Of a stretch of 64,000 nucleotides of DNA, positions 1 to 11,739 are shown one piece after another. Source of the stretch: Camelus dromedarius (lineage: Eukaryota); NCBI RefSeq assembly GCF_036321535.1, contig NC_087437.1, positions 90,956,001 to 91,020,000 on the forward strand, read 5' to 3'. The notes below the pieces were generated by a model. That model had not been told where the DNA came from. It searched no databases and saw only the letters and a program-made list of their open reading frames with translations. Both the position numbers and the translations under genes were made by a program. Every line of letters starts with the position of its first letter. Positions within the stretch are counted from its first letter, which is position 1.

Positions 1-1724
1 ACCTCTTGACTTTATTTTTCTGGAAATTATTGAATTTCTCATCTCTGTGATTTTTATTTGGTACTTTCTAATATTTTCTTTTTCTTTATTGAAGTTATTG
101 CTGTGGTCATCCATTCTTATCCTGAGCTTGGTAAGCATCTTTATGACTGTTGTTTTTAAACTCTTTATCTGGTAGATTACTTATCTCCATTTCACTAGGT
201 CTTTTGCTGAGGTCTGGTATTGTTATTCTGTTTGGAACATATTCCTTTTTTCCTCATTTTGCTTGATTCTCTGTATTTGTTTCTATGTATTTTATGAAAC
301 AGCTATCTCTCCCAATCTTGAAGGAATTGCCTTGTTTAGGAGATGAACCTTATTGTTGAACTTTGCCCTAGCTGTTGTTTGTCTCTCAAGCCTTTGGAAT
401 GGCTTATCCGTGATAGGTCCCCATGGTTGAGGGACAAGACCTATCAGTGTTCCAGTGGAAGGGATCTCAGTCAGCACCTAGTTTCAGGCTGAGTGGGAGC
501 AAGCGCCTCAGGCAGTAGCTATAAAATATGCAATTACATTCATTCCAGTGGGACTGCAATTATAAACCCAGTTGAACTCCAGACCAGGAAATCTGGAGGT
601 GTCTCCTGGATAACAGTTACAAAAAAATGGGGTTTCAGTGTATAAGCTCATATCTGGGAGGTATCAGCAAACTGTGGTAAGGCCAAGGGAGGAGAAAAGA
701 ATTGTGTCTCCTTGCTTATAGTCCCTGTGAATGCCTCTGTAGCCTCTAGATGTGTAGCAAACCTGAAGCATGTCCCTCAGATTCAAGCTCTAGGACAAGT
801 ATATTATTGGCTTTTTTCACAAGTAGACTAACTATGTGTTTCAGTCTGCTGTCTGTACAGTGTCCCGGGTGTGGTGGCCTGCCAGGCTGTCTGATTCTTA
901 AAATCTCATGGGTCCCAGGAGGGAAAGACTTTCTGGCCACCAGTGCCAAGTGATCAAGACATGTCCCCTTTGTGTACTGTGTCCACCCACTAGCAAGTGA
1001 GGCTTTGGCAGAGTTCTGGGGTGGGGTGGGGGTGGGGGACAAGGTGGGGTCCACAGCTTTAGGGAGGCAGGGGAAGAACACTGGGGGTGGGACATGCCCA
1101 CAGTTTTAGTGAATCTGTGTGTGTGAGCCTATCTGTGTTAGCAAGGTATAGGGACAGTACAAAAATGGTACTTGCTAATACCTCCATCACCAAAGAAATT
1201 CCTGCCCCTCCAGCTGGTGCTTTAAGATTAGTTAATAAATCTCCTTTACATATAGTTCAGGTATTTCTCTAACTGCTGTATTTTCACTGGGTCCCAGGAC
1301 AAGTGATGTTGTGCATAAACCCCTCCAAATGAATATCTCATATCCCCATAGCTGCTCATGTCTCCTGAATATAAGCCTCAAAGCTGGACATTTTGGGGCC
1401 CTTTTCTCTCTAGTGCAGGTCTCAAGTATTGTGGTGCCTAATGTGGAGCATAAACCCCTTGCTCCTTAGGAAGTAGCTCTGGACCCAATATATCTCTCCC
1501 TATTTTGGGTCACCATGCTGGGGAGGGGGGGTGTTATTGAGAACACATCTTTGCCTCTCTTATCTCTCTCCGTGTGGCCTTTTATCCTTTGTTGTGGAGG
1601 ACTATACAACTGGTTATCGGTTATTTTTCTGCAGTAATTTTCCTTTATATAGCCGTAGGTTTGCTGTGTCCATGGTAGAAGGTGAGTTCGGGATTTTCTT
1701 GTGCCACCATCTTGGACTACCCCA
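1..1724 (-). mobile_element. L1 LINE 5' UTR plus start of ORF1 (decayed; continues off the left edge)
   Basis: The minus strand begins GGGGTAGTCCAAGATGGTGGCAC (about 1724-1701), the AAGATGG motif typical of L1 5' ends. A putative ORF1 ATG lies at 257, followed by decayed frames reading EMEISNLPDKEFK..VIKMLTKLRIRMDDHSNNFNKEKENI, the L1 ORF1 N-terminal coiled-coil signature. Confidence 0.85.
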
Positions 1725-1729
1725 TAACT

Positions 1730-2520
1730 CATTCATTTGATAGACATAGTGGTTTCCACTTTGAGATTAATATGAACAATGCTGTTATGAACATCTGTGT
1801 TTTCTTATGTTCATTTCTGTTGAGTATATACCTAGGAGTAGAATTTCTGGATTATATGGTAACTCTACATTTAATTTTTGAGGAACAATCATACTGTTTG
1901 CCACAGAAGGGCACCACCTTACATTGCCAGGAAGCAATTTATGAGGGTTCCAATTTCTCCACACTCTTGTTATTTTCCCTTCTCCCTACTTTTTAGAAGT
2001 CCTCTTTACTTCTCATCTACTTCTCCCTCCTCTTCTTTCTTTTTCACTTCTTCCTTTCTGTCTTCTTCTCCTTTCTTCCTCTTCTTCCTGCTTTTCACAT
2101 TTCTCTTCTTTCTTTTCTTGCCATCTTAATGACTATGGAGTAGTTTTGATTTGTATTTCCTTAATGACTATGATATTGAGCATTGTTTAATGTTTGTATT
2201 TACTCTTTGTAAATCTTTTGGGGGAAATGTCTAAGTCATTTGCTTATTTTAAAATCCACTTATTTATTTTTTGTTGTTGCTGAGTTATGAGATTTCATGA
2301 TATATTCTGGATACTAGACCCTTATCAGATGTATGATTTAGAAATATTTTCTCTCATTTTGTGTTTTGTTTTTTTTTTCAGTTTCTTCATACTGTGCTTT
2401 GAAGCAAGAAAGTTTTAAATGTTGATGAAGTTCAAATTATCTATTTTTGGATTGATGTGTTTATGTGTTTGTGTATCTGCCATATTTAAACAAACACTGT
2501 CTAATCCAGTATGACAAAAA
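1730..2520 (-). mobile_element. Older L1 (L1M-type) ORF2 3' region, antisense
   Basis: Characteristic antisense L1 motifs: 'aatgctgttatgaacat', 'tatatacctaggagtagaatttctggattatatggtaactct' and 'atatattctggatactagacccttatcagatgtatgattt'. Confidence 0.8.
1975..2120. repeat. CT-rich low-complexity tract
   Basis: Pyrimidine-rich (ttc/ctt)n degenerate run that interrupts the L1 fragment. Confidence 0.8.
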
Positions 2521-4530
2521 TTTACATGTCTCCTTCTAAAATTTGATAAAAATCACCAGTAAAATCATCTGATCCTTGCCTGTTGTTTTGGATGTGTTTT
2601 TATTACTAACTCAGTCTCTTTACTTGTTATATGTCCATTAAGATTTTCTAATTCTTCTTGAGTCAATTTTGTTACTTTATGAGTTTCTAGGAATTTGTCT
2701 TGAAACACTTTCTTATAGGCCACAAACTCTCTCTGTTATTTAATTTCTTGTTCATTTTCGAAAGATAATTGTGCCTTGGTTGACTTGTTTTGTTTTTCTT
2801 TCAGCTTTTTAAATACATCACTCCATTGCCTTTGGGCCTTTATGGTTTCTGATGATTGCTGTTTGTATTATTGAAGATCCCTTTTACGTGATGAATTGCT
2901 ACTACCTTGCTGCTTTTGAGATCCTCTCTTTGGTGTAGACTTGAAACAATTTGATTAAACTGTGTCTCAGTGTGGATTTATGTTTATCCTACTTGTAGTT
3001 TGTTCAGTTTATGCCCCTTTCTCTGTTTCCTCTTGTGAGACTTCCATTATGTGTATGTTAGTATACTTGATGCAGTCTCACATGTCTTTTAAGCTTTGTT
3101 TATCTTTCTTCATTCTTTTTGTGGTTAATATTGGTCATCAAACTGAATACTCTTATATGACTTATGTTCAAGTTCACTAATTCTTTCTTCTCCCTGCTCA
3201 CATCTGTAATTAGCTCATCTAGTTAATATTTCAGAACCAGAACTTTAATTTCATTTTTTTTTATTACCCCTTTATCTTTATTTATCTCTCTATTTGGTGA
3301 GATACCATTCTTATCATTTAGTTCTTTGAAAATATTTTAATTACAAATTTAAAGTTTTTGGTAAGTATAGTGTTGAGATATATATATGTATGTATGAGAT
3401 ATATAGTGTTGAGATGTATATACACACACACACAGATAAATGTATATATATATATTTGTCTCTATGCATGCCACATAATTTTTGTTATTGTTGAAAACTG
3501 GACATTTTGGATACTATCATGTGGAAACTCTGGAAATATTAATCTTCCCTTTTCCAGGGTTTGTTGTTGCTGTATATTCTAATTGTTGATTGTTTAGAGA
3601 CTTTTCTGACCAAATTTTGTAGCCTCTATTTTTGGTCATGTGTAGCTTCTGAAATCTCTGTTCCATTTAGCTTAGGGTCAGTTAGTGATTAGACTGAGAT
3701 TTCCTTAAGTACTTGGAACTAAAAATAAAAAATTCCCAGTTTTTTTTTTTTTGGTGGCAAATCAAACATGTATATATGTGTATAGTAGTGCATACCTTTA
3801 ATATTCAGCCAGGTGGTTTAAATCTCTACCTTACCCTTTATTTCCTGCTTACACATAAATTGAATGTAAGACAAAGGTGAGAACTTAGTAACTTCTCATG
3901 TCTTTCTTGGGCATGTACACAGCCCTGGGCATACACTTAAATTTCTAGATTTCCAAGAATATGTTGGAGATTTTCAAGCCTTAACTCTCTAAAGCATTTT
4001 TTTCCCAGAATTTTTCTCAAGATTTTGGTTAATCTATTGCTTGCTCCAACTGTTATTCATTGCCCCAGGCAAGAGCAACAAATACATTTCCATATAAACG
4101 TTTTCATCATATGTCCCCTAAATAGCACTCTCAGCGCTTGGAGAGTTTATGTTAGATGAGATAAAAGTAAGTACCTAGAATCCTTCCTTCATCAAATAAC
4201 CAGTCAGGCCTAAACATACATCCATGCTGTCTTGTGTGTGAATAGGGTTTTTGCTTTCCAGAATTGGTATCTGTACTTGAAATGCTAGCTGTTGTTTTCA
4301 AGACCACTAGTGGACTAAAGAGTGGGAGATGGATAAGAGTGGGTTAAAAATGCCACAAAGCTCACTGTTTTTACTGAAATAGAGTTAATTTTTCTTGGTT
4401 AAGCATTCCCCTGGTTGTGATTAGCATACAGAGTACTGAAATAATTGATTCTGACAATTTTGACAGTTTTTTAAATTGCTTTTATTGGACAGGTTTTTGG
4501 AGTTTCTTCTTCCACCATTCTCACTGATGA
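2520..4530 (-). mobile_element. Old L1 (L1MC/L1MD-like) internal and 5' fragments, antisense
   Basis: Antisense L1 motifs 'tcaccagtaaaatcatctg', 'ccattgcctttgggcctttatggtttctgatga' and 'cttatgttcaagttcactaattctttcttc'. The segment ends in 'ttcttcttccaccattctc', which resembles an L1M 5' end. Confidence 0.65.
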
Positions 4531-4824
4531 TGACACTATTCTCTCTTTTGTTTTTGAAAGTGGTGAATGTTTACAGATGACTTATTAGGTTTAATTTTAA
4601 TTAATGTTGCTTGGTTTCTGGTTACTGCTTAAAAAACTTTCCTTGCACAATTATTACTCATTGTTTGCACCTCACTATGGAGTTAAAGAGTAACTCAGAG
4701 AATCCTCAATTTAACTGCCATTGCATGCATAATGTTTTATTTTAAGAAATTTACTATAATGAAACTCCTAAATGATAAACCTAGAGGTTTTATACTTAAC
4801 TGTCTACATATTTTGAAAGCCACT

Positions 4825-5399
4825 TATAATAGTTAGTTTTTTATCAACTTGACTAAATCATGGATATTTGGTTAAACATTATTTTGGACTATATCTGCAG
4901 GGTATTTCTGGATGAAATTAGTATTTGAATTTGTTGACTCAGTAAAGCGATTGTCATCCCCAGTGTGGCTGTGCATTATCCCATCGGTTGAGAGCCTGAA
5001 CAGAATAGAAAGGTAGAGGAAGAATTTGCCTCTTTTTGCTTGATTGCTTGAGCAGGTACATCAGTCTCTTCCTGCACTCAGTGTTCCTGATTCTCAGGCT
5101 CTCAGACCTAGACTGGAATCTACATCATTGGCTCCCGCTGGTTCTCAGGCCTTCTGATTCAGGATGATTTACACTAGTGACTTTTGGGGTATCTACCTTG
5201 CAGACAGCAAATCATGGGATTTCCCAACCTTGATAATTGCATTAGCCAATTCCCTAAAATAAATCTATCTACCTATTTATATATATATAATATATATTCA
5301 TAGATATATGAATAAATTATTCATAATCTATATCTATATCTATATCTATCTATATCTATCATGTTAGTCTGTTTCTCTAGAGAACCCTGACTAAAATAC
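4825..5399 (+). mobile_element. MLT2 (ERV-L) solo LTR
   Basis: Start resembles the MLT2 consensus TGTGATGGTTAATTTTATGTGTCAACTTGACT. It contains 'gttgagagcctgaacagaatagaaagg', an aataaa followed by the usual (TA/TCTA)n expansion, and ends 'tctgtttctctagagaaccctgactaaaata'. Confidence 0.9.
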
Positions 5400-5504
5400 C
5401 ACATTGTGTGATTTTTGTAGTTAATAAGAATAGGTTCCATATTGGGTAAAGGTCCATTTAATTTTGCCTTTGATTAGCTGAAATTAGCCAAAAGTATTTC
5501 AAGA

Positions 5505-5975
5505 GTTGTTACATTTTGAGTTTCCCAAATGTAGGTCTTGAGAAAAGGACTGGTTATAAGAAGATTGTTTCAAAGGTAAAATATTTTGAAGGAATGGGCA
5601 AATGAGACAAGAAAGATTGGAAAGTGAAGGAATGGTATGTATGAGTGAGTCATTCCTGTAGGCGGCAACTGGTGTTCAAGCCCACTAAGAACCTTGTGGA
5701 AAACCTTGTAGAACATGTTTCAGAATGATAGTGAAGATTGAGGCTGTTGGGTATTTATGCACCAGCCCTCATCACTCATTTTGTAGGATTGTCCCTGGTA
5801 CATTAATTCCCTGACATTTCTGAGCTACTTGGTGTTCAGGCAGAGCACACTCTAAAGGCCAAGTATAGTCTCAGAGAGTGACTGAAAGTTGTCAGACTAT
5901 ATGGGAACAGCCTCTTGTCAGTAACTTCTGAGAAAGATCAAAGGGAAATGGGTGGGGCAAGTGGCATTTTTAAAG
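5505..5975 (-). mobile_element. LTR16-like (ERV-L) LTR, decayed
   Basis: The right end 'aagggaaatgggtggggca' is the reverse complement of an LTR16-like start (TGCCCCRCCCA.ATCCCCTT). The left end 'gagtttcccaaatgtaggtcttgagaaaagga' resembles the reverse of the LTR16 3' end. Confidence 0.55.
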
Positions 5976-6067
5976 CTTTGATATTTTAAGAATAGAAACA
6001 TTCAACATTAAAAATAAGAAATAAAAGAAAATAACTTTCCTTTTGAACAATTTTCCCTCAGTGGCAT

Positions 6068-6412
6068 CTAAATAGTTATCTACAAACTTGGTATATCAAG
6101 GAAATTAAAATTACAAGAGACCTTGACAATATAATTAAAGTTAATTTGATTCTAGTTATAAAACTGGTTCAGGAGGTTCTTGCTAGATCAATGCTAAAGT
6201 TCACTATGTGGGAAGAATGAACACAATTAAAATGATATTGACACTTCAGTTTAATTACATAACACAAATTCTTCCATCAGATAACATGAAGCTTGCTAGT
6301 GATGTACAAATAATTCTAACATTTCTATTTCGTAAAGAAAACTTCAAATTTCGTTACCAAATGAAAGTTGAAAGAGCTTTAATTGCACAATTTAAAAACT
6401 GCTATTTTCTCT
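6068..6412 (+). mobile_element. Fossil L1-clade (L1/Tx1-like) ORF2 fragment of non-mammalian type, RT thumb/post-RT region
   Basis: Conceptual translation across two frameshifts: K*LSTNLVYQG-IKITRDLDNIIKVNLILVIKLVQEVLARSMLKFTMW-GRMNTIKMILTLQFNYITQILP...FLFRK...QMKVERALIAQFKNCY. This follows the KW..YLGI..N..L.RW..GR.N.IKM..P..F.W..GGL.LP.FK.YY pattern of L1-clade ORF2. Confidence 0.7.
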
Positions 6413-7134
6413 TATAGTTAATGCAAAAATATTTATTTTGACCAATGAAATAAAAGTTATAATCACTTGTTTTGAAAGATTTAAGACAAAATAATACATC
6501 TTTTAATGAAGAAATGTAAATGTGATGCTAAGTAGTCTGCTTCAGAAGATAATTCACTTCATAAAGATTAATATCCCATGTTGAAAAGAGGATGCATTTT
6601 ATCCCTCTTTTTTTCTCTGTATATTTGATTCCCATAAGAGTGTTTTTAGATGTTTATGTTTTTAGTAAAAGAAATTGGCTTTAAATCATACTCTTTCCTC
6701 ATGGACATCACCTTAATATTTCAAATTCAACTTAGAAAATTCAACAAAAATGTTAGGAGCACAAAGAACTTCATGTTCTTGTGTTGGCTGTTTGTTTTCT
6801 TTTGTCTTTTTGGCAGTTTCTCTGATGTGCCCCATACTGTTCAGGGCAGAACAGCATGATGGTTCTTCATATAGGCCCTCATGGCTATCACCTTCTATGA
6901 AAAATTAGACATTCAGATATTATACTGAATACAATGTTTTTATCTGTTGCAAATTATCTGTCTCAATGTGAAATATATGGTTTTGAAGAGTGGATACTAA
7001 ATTCATTGAAAAATATATGAAAATCGCTGAGTAAGAGCAAGTCTGAATTTACAGTGAATCTGTACTGTCAATTCAATACTATGTCAAAATATACTTTCAA
7101 ATCAGCTTTCCCTTTTCTTGTTTTACTTTATCCA

Positions 7135-7580
7135 TTTTTATTGAAGTATAGTTGACTTACAATATTATATTAGTTTCAGGTGTATAGCATAGTAATTTGA
7201 TATTTTTATAGATTATACACCATACAAAGTTATAAAATAATGATGATATTCCCTGTGTTGTACATTACATCCTTGTGGTTTACTTATTGTATACCTAGAA
7301 GTTGTACCTCTTGACACCTTTCATCTGTTTTACTCCTCCCTCACCCCTCTGCCCCCTGGTAATCAGTAGTTTGTTTTCTGTATCTGGATTCTGTTTCTGT
7401 GTAAATGCTTGTTTTATTTTTAGATTCTACATATAAGTAATATCATACAGTATTTTTCTTCATCTGACTTATTTCATTTAGCATAAAACCCTACAGATCC
7501 ATCCATGTTGTTGCAAATGACAGGTTTTCTTTCTTTTTGTGACTAAATAATATTCCACTAGATAAATATACCTATTCATT
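7135..7580 (-). mobile_element. L1 3' end (laurasiatherian/cetartiodactyl type), 5'-truncated
   Basis: Begins 'tttttattgaagtatagttgacttacaatattatattagtttcaggtgta' and includes 'ctgacttatttcatttagcata' and 'tccatccatgttgttgcaaatgacagg', classic antisense L1 3' UTR motifs. Confidence 0.9.
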
Positions 7581-8139
7581 TTTTTTGTCCACACTAAGTC
7601 TTTCTCATACTTTGCATCCAAACTGGAAGTACTGCTTCATAACATCTTTTGATTTGTTTCTGATACAGGTGTATATTGCTAAAGTCTTTGGATATTTGTT
7701 ATTTCCTCTAGACCACTAGAATATTAATTAACAATGTCACATTGCACAGAGGCCTTTGTATGTTAGATCCATTGTATTTAGGTTCAACTCAAAACCTCTG
7801 GATTTTCTCTGTTCCACATCCAGCTCAAACTAAAGCTGAGAATGTTTAGATAATATATTCAAATTGGGATCATGTCTTATTCAATAATACACAGTGGTAA
7901 TTTTGATGACATAGGTGTGAATCCAAAGGGTTCTGACTGGGTTGACCAAAACACTCTGGGTTCCTTGGGACAGTCTGATAATATCTATTGTCATGATGTA
8001 ATGATTAATAGTATCTCCCTTTCACTCTCAAATGTATCCCTGCTCAAATGGTAAATTATATGATTATGCAAATTTTACAGATGTACCCCATTTAACAAAA
8101 GAAAGTCTCCTGGAAATAGGAATCGTAGCATTCATTTCA

Positions 8140-8643
8140 ACAGGAAATATGCAGTGTACTCATTTTAGTATAGTTTGAAGGTAGATTAAAAATGAAATTG
8201 TTTACAATGGGGAATGCAAGGTACAGGGATATAAAAAAAGAATACTGTAGTACAGGAGTAAGTTGTAGCGGGATTTGGGGTTCTGATAACACTGCTAGGG
8301 ATAAAAAGGATATGGAAGGGAACATTTTCAGAACTTTGGGACACAGAAGGTTGTGTGGAAAAGGACACCTGATAGGAAGAGTTCGTTGGTTGCGAGACTC
8401 AAACATCTGAGAGAAACTCTTCAGAGGCAAGGAAAGAAAGTCACGAAAACTAAGTAAGACAGTTATGTGAAACAGGCAGAATGGAGACCTGGTAAAGACG
8501 TGAACTTACTCCTCTCATTTTACTAATATCCTGCTAGTATTACTCATGGACCAAACTCAACCAGTGGCCAGAGGGCAAGATAGCCAGTTGCTATAAGTCT
8601 AGATATATCAACCTACCATAACAAGTGGGAAATATTCAGTAGA
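8140..8643 (-). mobile_element. LTR33-like (ERV-L) 3' LTR, decayed; left boundary uncertain
   Basis: 'ccaaactcaaccagtggccagagggcaagatagcc' is the reverse of the LTR33 motif GGCTCCCTTGCCCTCTGGCTTCCGGTTGGGTTTGG. The minus-strand start 'tctactgaatatt' resembles TGTGCTGGATATT. Confidence 0.6.
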
Positions 8644-9420
8644 ATGCACCAACTTTTAGTCCATTAGCTTGCGTCCTTTTTCCTTCCTGGTTTAAAAGGT
8701 AATTCCCCAACAAAGAGGGCACAAATATTAATTTTGTTGAACGTTCCCTTAAATTTTAAAATATTATATACCATCATTGTTCTTCATTGTTGGTGTGTAG
8801 GGTACAAATACTTTATAAAATACAGCATTTACAGTTTCCACTTTGTAGCTGGTAAAAATGGAGTCATAGCTGGCTTCTGGTCTCAGTACTGTGTTTCTTG
8901 CTTTGTTTTGTTTTGTGTCCTTGTTTATCTTTTATTATTGGGTCAATGTATTAACCAGGTTACTGATCAAGAAAATACAAAGAGGTATCCCAATGAATTT
9001 TCTAGGTTACAAATATAATCTCTCTTGTTCCAGTGGTATAACATTAACCTAATCTTCCTTGATTATCAGGATCAAGTACTCTGGTCAGCACAGATGCCTT
9101 TGTCTGCTGATTCCTACAAAGCCCAAATGAGTCAGGGAAACATGTTGGCTCCATGAAGAATGCATTTTTACTCTTGTAGAGTGATTTTATGCAGTAACCA
9201 TACAGAGAATCATAGTAATTATGGTGAGACGGTTGGAATTTGGGGGGCATAATACATACAGAAAATATCTGCACAAAATGAATCTCCCAAATTGGTGTAG
9301 AGATTTATTCTCTATCTGGTTGTTAAGGAGTTATGTAAAACAATTTTTCAAGGCTTTACAGATAATAGTTACTTGGTGTTGTGTACTGAATAGGATTCTG
9401 GAGTTGAAAAGAACAGGGAC
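8644..9420 (-). mobile_element. ERV-L internal remnant (integrase C-terminus and dUTPase), pseudogenised
   Basis: Minus-strand translation FPDSFGLCRNQQTKASVLTRVLDPDNQG / IRLMLYHWNKRDYICNLENSLGYLFVFS aligns to the ERV-L dUTPase pattern PGHFGLL..NQQAKKGV.VLAGVIDPDYQGEIGLLLHNGGKEEYVWN.GD.LG.LLVL. A purine-rich PPT-like tract precedes the LTR. Confidence 0.75.
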
Positions 9421-9528
9421 ATATTGAAGTTCTGACTACACAGATTGGAGAGACATCACTAAAGAGACTAGACAATTAGTTGAGGTCCAAGACCACACTT
9501 CTGGAGGAAAAATAAATAAGATCAAGAG

Positions 9529-9744
9529 CAAGGGGTCCTAGTCTTGGTACTATTAACATTTTATGCCAAGTAATTCTTTGTTTTGATGGGCTTCCCTGTG
9601 AATTTTAGAATGTTTAGCAGTATCCTTGGCCTCCATGTGTTAGATGTCAATAGGACCTCTTCCCTAAGTGTGATAATAATAAGATGTCTCCACACATAGA
9701 GAAATGTCCACTGGGAGCAAATGGCCTCTGATTGACAACCACTG
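9529..9744 (-). mobile_element. MER20 (hAT-Charlie) non-autonomous DNA transposon
   Basis: Ends 'ttgacaaccactg' (reverse of the CAGTGGTTCTCAA terminus). Internal 'tagaatgtttagcagtatccttggcctc' and 'atgtctccacacat' match reversed MER20. Length about 216 bp. Confidence 0.9.
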
Positions 9745-9844
9745 CCTACAAGTAATGACTATTTTTAGTTGCCTTATTTAATGGATGAGACTAGCAACAG
9801 ATTGGATACCACAGAAGAAATGTAGTAGACTTGAATATAAGTAA

Positions 9845-11735
9845 ATTTCAAAGAGGAAATCTCATAACAATTTCAAAAATATTTTTAACTAAATGAAAAT
9901 GAAAACACAAATTTATCAAAATTTGTGGAATGCAGTGAAAGAAGTGCTTAAGGGACATTTATAGCATTGAATACATAAATTAGACAAGAAGAAAGATTAA
10001 AAATTACCAATCTAAGATTCCACTTTTGGAAACTAGAAAAAGAAGAGTAAATTAAATCCAAAGTAAGCAGAAGAAAATAAATATTAAACATTAGAACAGA
10101 GATTAATGAAATTTAAAATGAAACCAGTAGAGAAAAATAGATAAAATCAAAAGCTAGTTCTTTGAAAATATCAATAAGCTTCTAGCCAGGCCAACTAAGA
10201 AAAAAAAAAAAAGGGAAAGGACAGAAACTACTAATATCAAACAGAAGAGGGAATATCACTATAGGTGCTATGGATATTAAGAGGATAGGGAAAGAATACT
10301 ATGAACAACTCAGTGCCCACAAATTTGATAACCTAGATGAAATAGATCAATTCCTTGGAAGACAAAATATGCTAAAACTCACACAAGAAGAAATAGATAA
10401 CCTGACTATGCCTTTATCTATTAAAGAAATTGAAAGAATAATTAATAACTTTCAAAGGCCCAGATACATTTACTGGCAACTATACTATAATTTTAAAGAA
10501 TAAATTATACCAACTCTGTATAATCTCTTTCAAGGATAGAAGAAGAGAAAGAATACTTCCCAACTCATTCTATGAGACCAACATTACTGTAACACCAAAA
10601 CCAGAATAAGATACTACAAGAAAATAAGACAATAGGCCAGTTTCTCTAATGAATATAAATGCAGAAATTCTCAACAAAGTGTTACTAAATCACATTTTAC
10701 TGGTATAAAGAATTACACATCACAACCAAAAGGGATTTATCACAAGTATGTAAGGCTGGTTCAACATTTAAAAATCAATCATGTGATCAATCATGTCAAG
10801 AGATTAAAAAAATAAAAAAAAAAGAACACATAATCATTTCACTAGAACAGAAAAGCATTTGAAAAAGTCCAACACCTATTAATCATAAAAACTTTCAATA
10901 AACTAGAAATATAGGAGAACTATCTCAACTTAATAAAGACTAGTTACAAAAAAACCTACAGCTAAAATCATACTTGATGAGAAAATTGAAGCTTTTTCAT
11001 GAAGATCAGATACAAAACAAGGATTTCCCTCTCACCATTCCTTTTGAACATCATACTGAAAGTTCTAGCTAATGCAATAAGAAAAGAAAAGGTAATAAAA
11101 AGTATGCAGATTGGAAAGGAAGATATAAAACTTTCTTTTTTTTGTAGATGACATGACTTTCTATGTAGAAAATCTAAAAGAATTGACAACAAAAACCCTC
11201 CTGAAACTAATAAGCAATTGTAACATGGTTGCCGGAAGCAAGGTTAACATTCAAAAATCAGTTTCTTGCCTGTATACCAACAATGAACAAGTGGAATTTG
11301 AAATTAATGACACAATAGCATTTATATTAGCATTTCAAAAATGAAATACATAGTTATAAATATAACAAACTATCCAGGATCCATATGAGGAAAACTACAA
11401 AACTCTAATAAACAACAAAACAACAACAATGACAAAAACACAAAAGAAAGGAGAAGGAGGAGAAGAAGGAAAGGAGAAGAATTATTAAGTAAATAGAGAG
11501 ATATTCCATGCTCAAAGATAGGAAGATTCAATATTGTCAAGATGTCAATTTTTCCCAACTTGATGTATAAATACAATACAATAAAAATCCCAGCAAATTA
11601 TTTTCAGGATATTGAGACTATTTCTAACGTTTATATGGAGAGGTGGTATATCCAGAATCATCAACGAAATATTGAAGGAGGAGAACAAAATTGGAGGACT
11701 GACATTACTTAACATCAAGGCTTACTGTAAAGTAA
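9845..11735 (+). mobile_element. L1 ORF2 fragment (post-endonuclease linker through reverse transcriptase), frameshifted
   Basis: ORF track peptides MDIKRIGKEYYEQLSAHKFDNLDEIDQFL and MTFYVENLKE... The TKQG.PLSP motif lies near 11015, and the catalytic FVDDM (FADDM) near 11143. GRFNIVKMSIFP lies near 11520. Confidence 0.92.
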
Positions 11736-11739
11736 TTCA

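Noticed and set aside
10270..11344. Active L1 reverse transcriptase
   Set aside because: Multiple stops and frameshifts, with no attached 5' UTR or ORF1.
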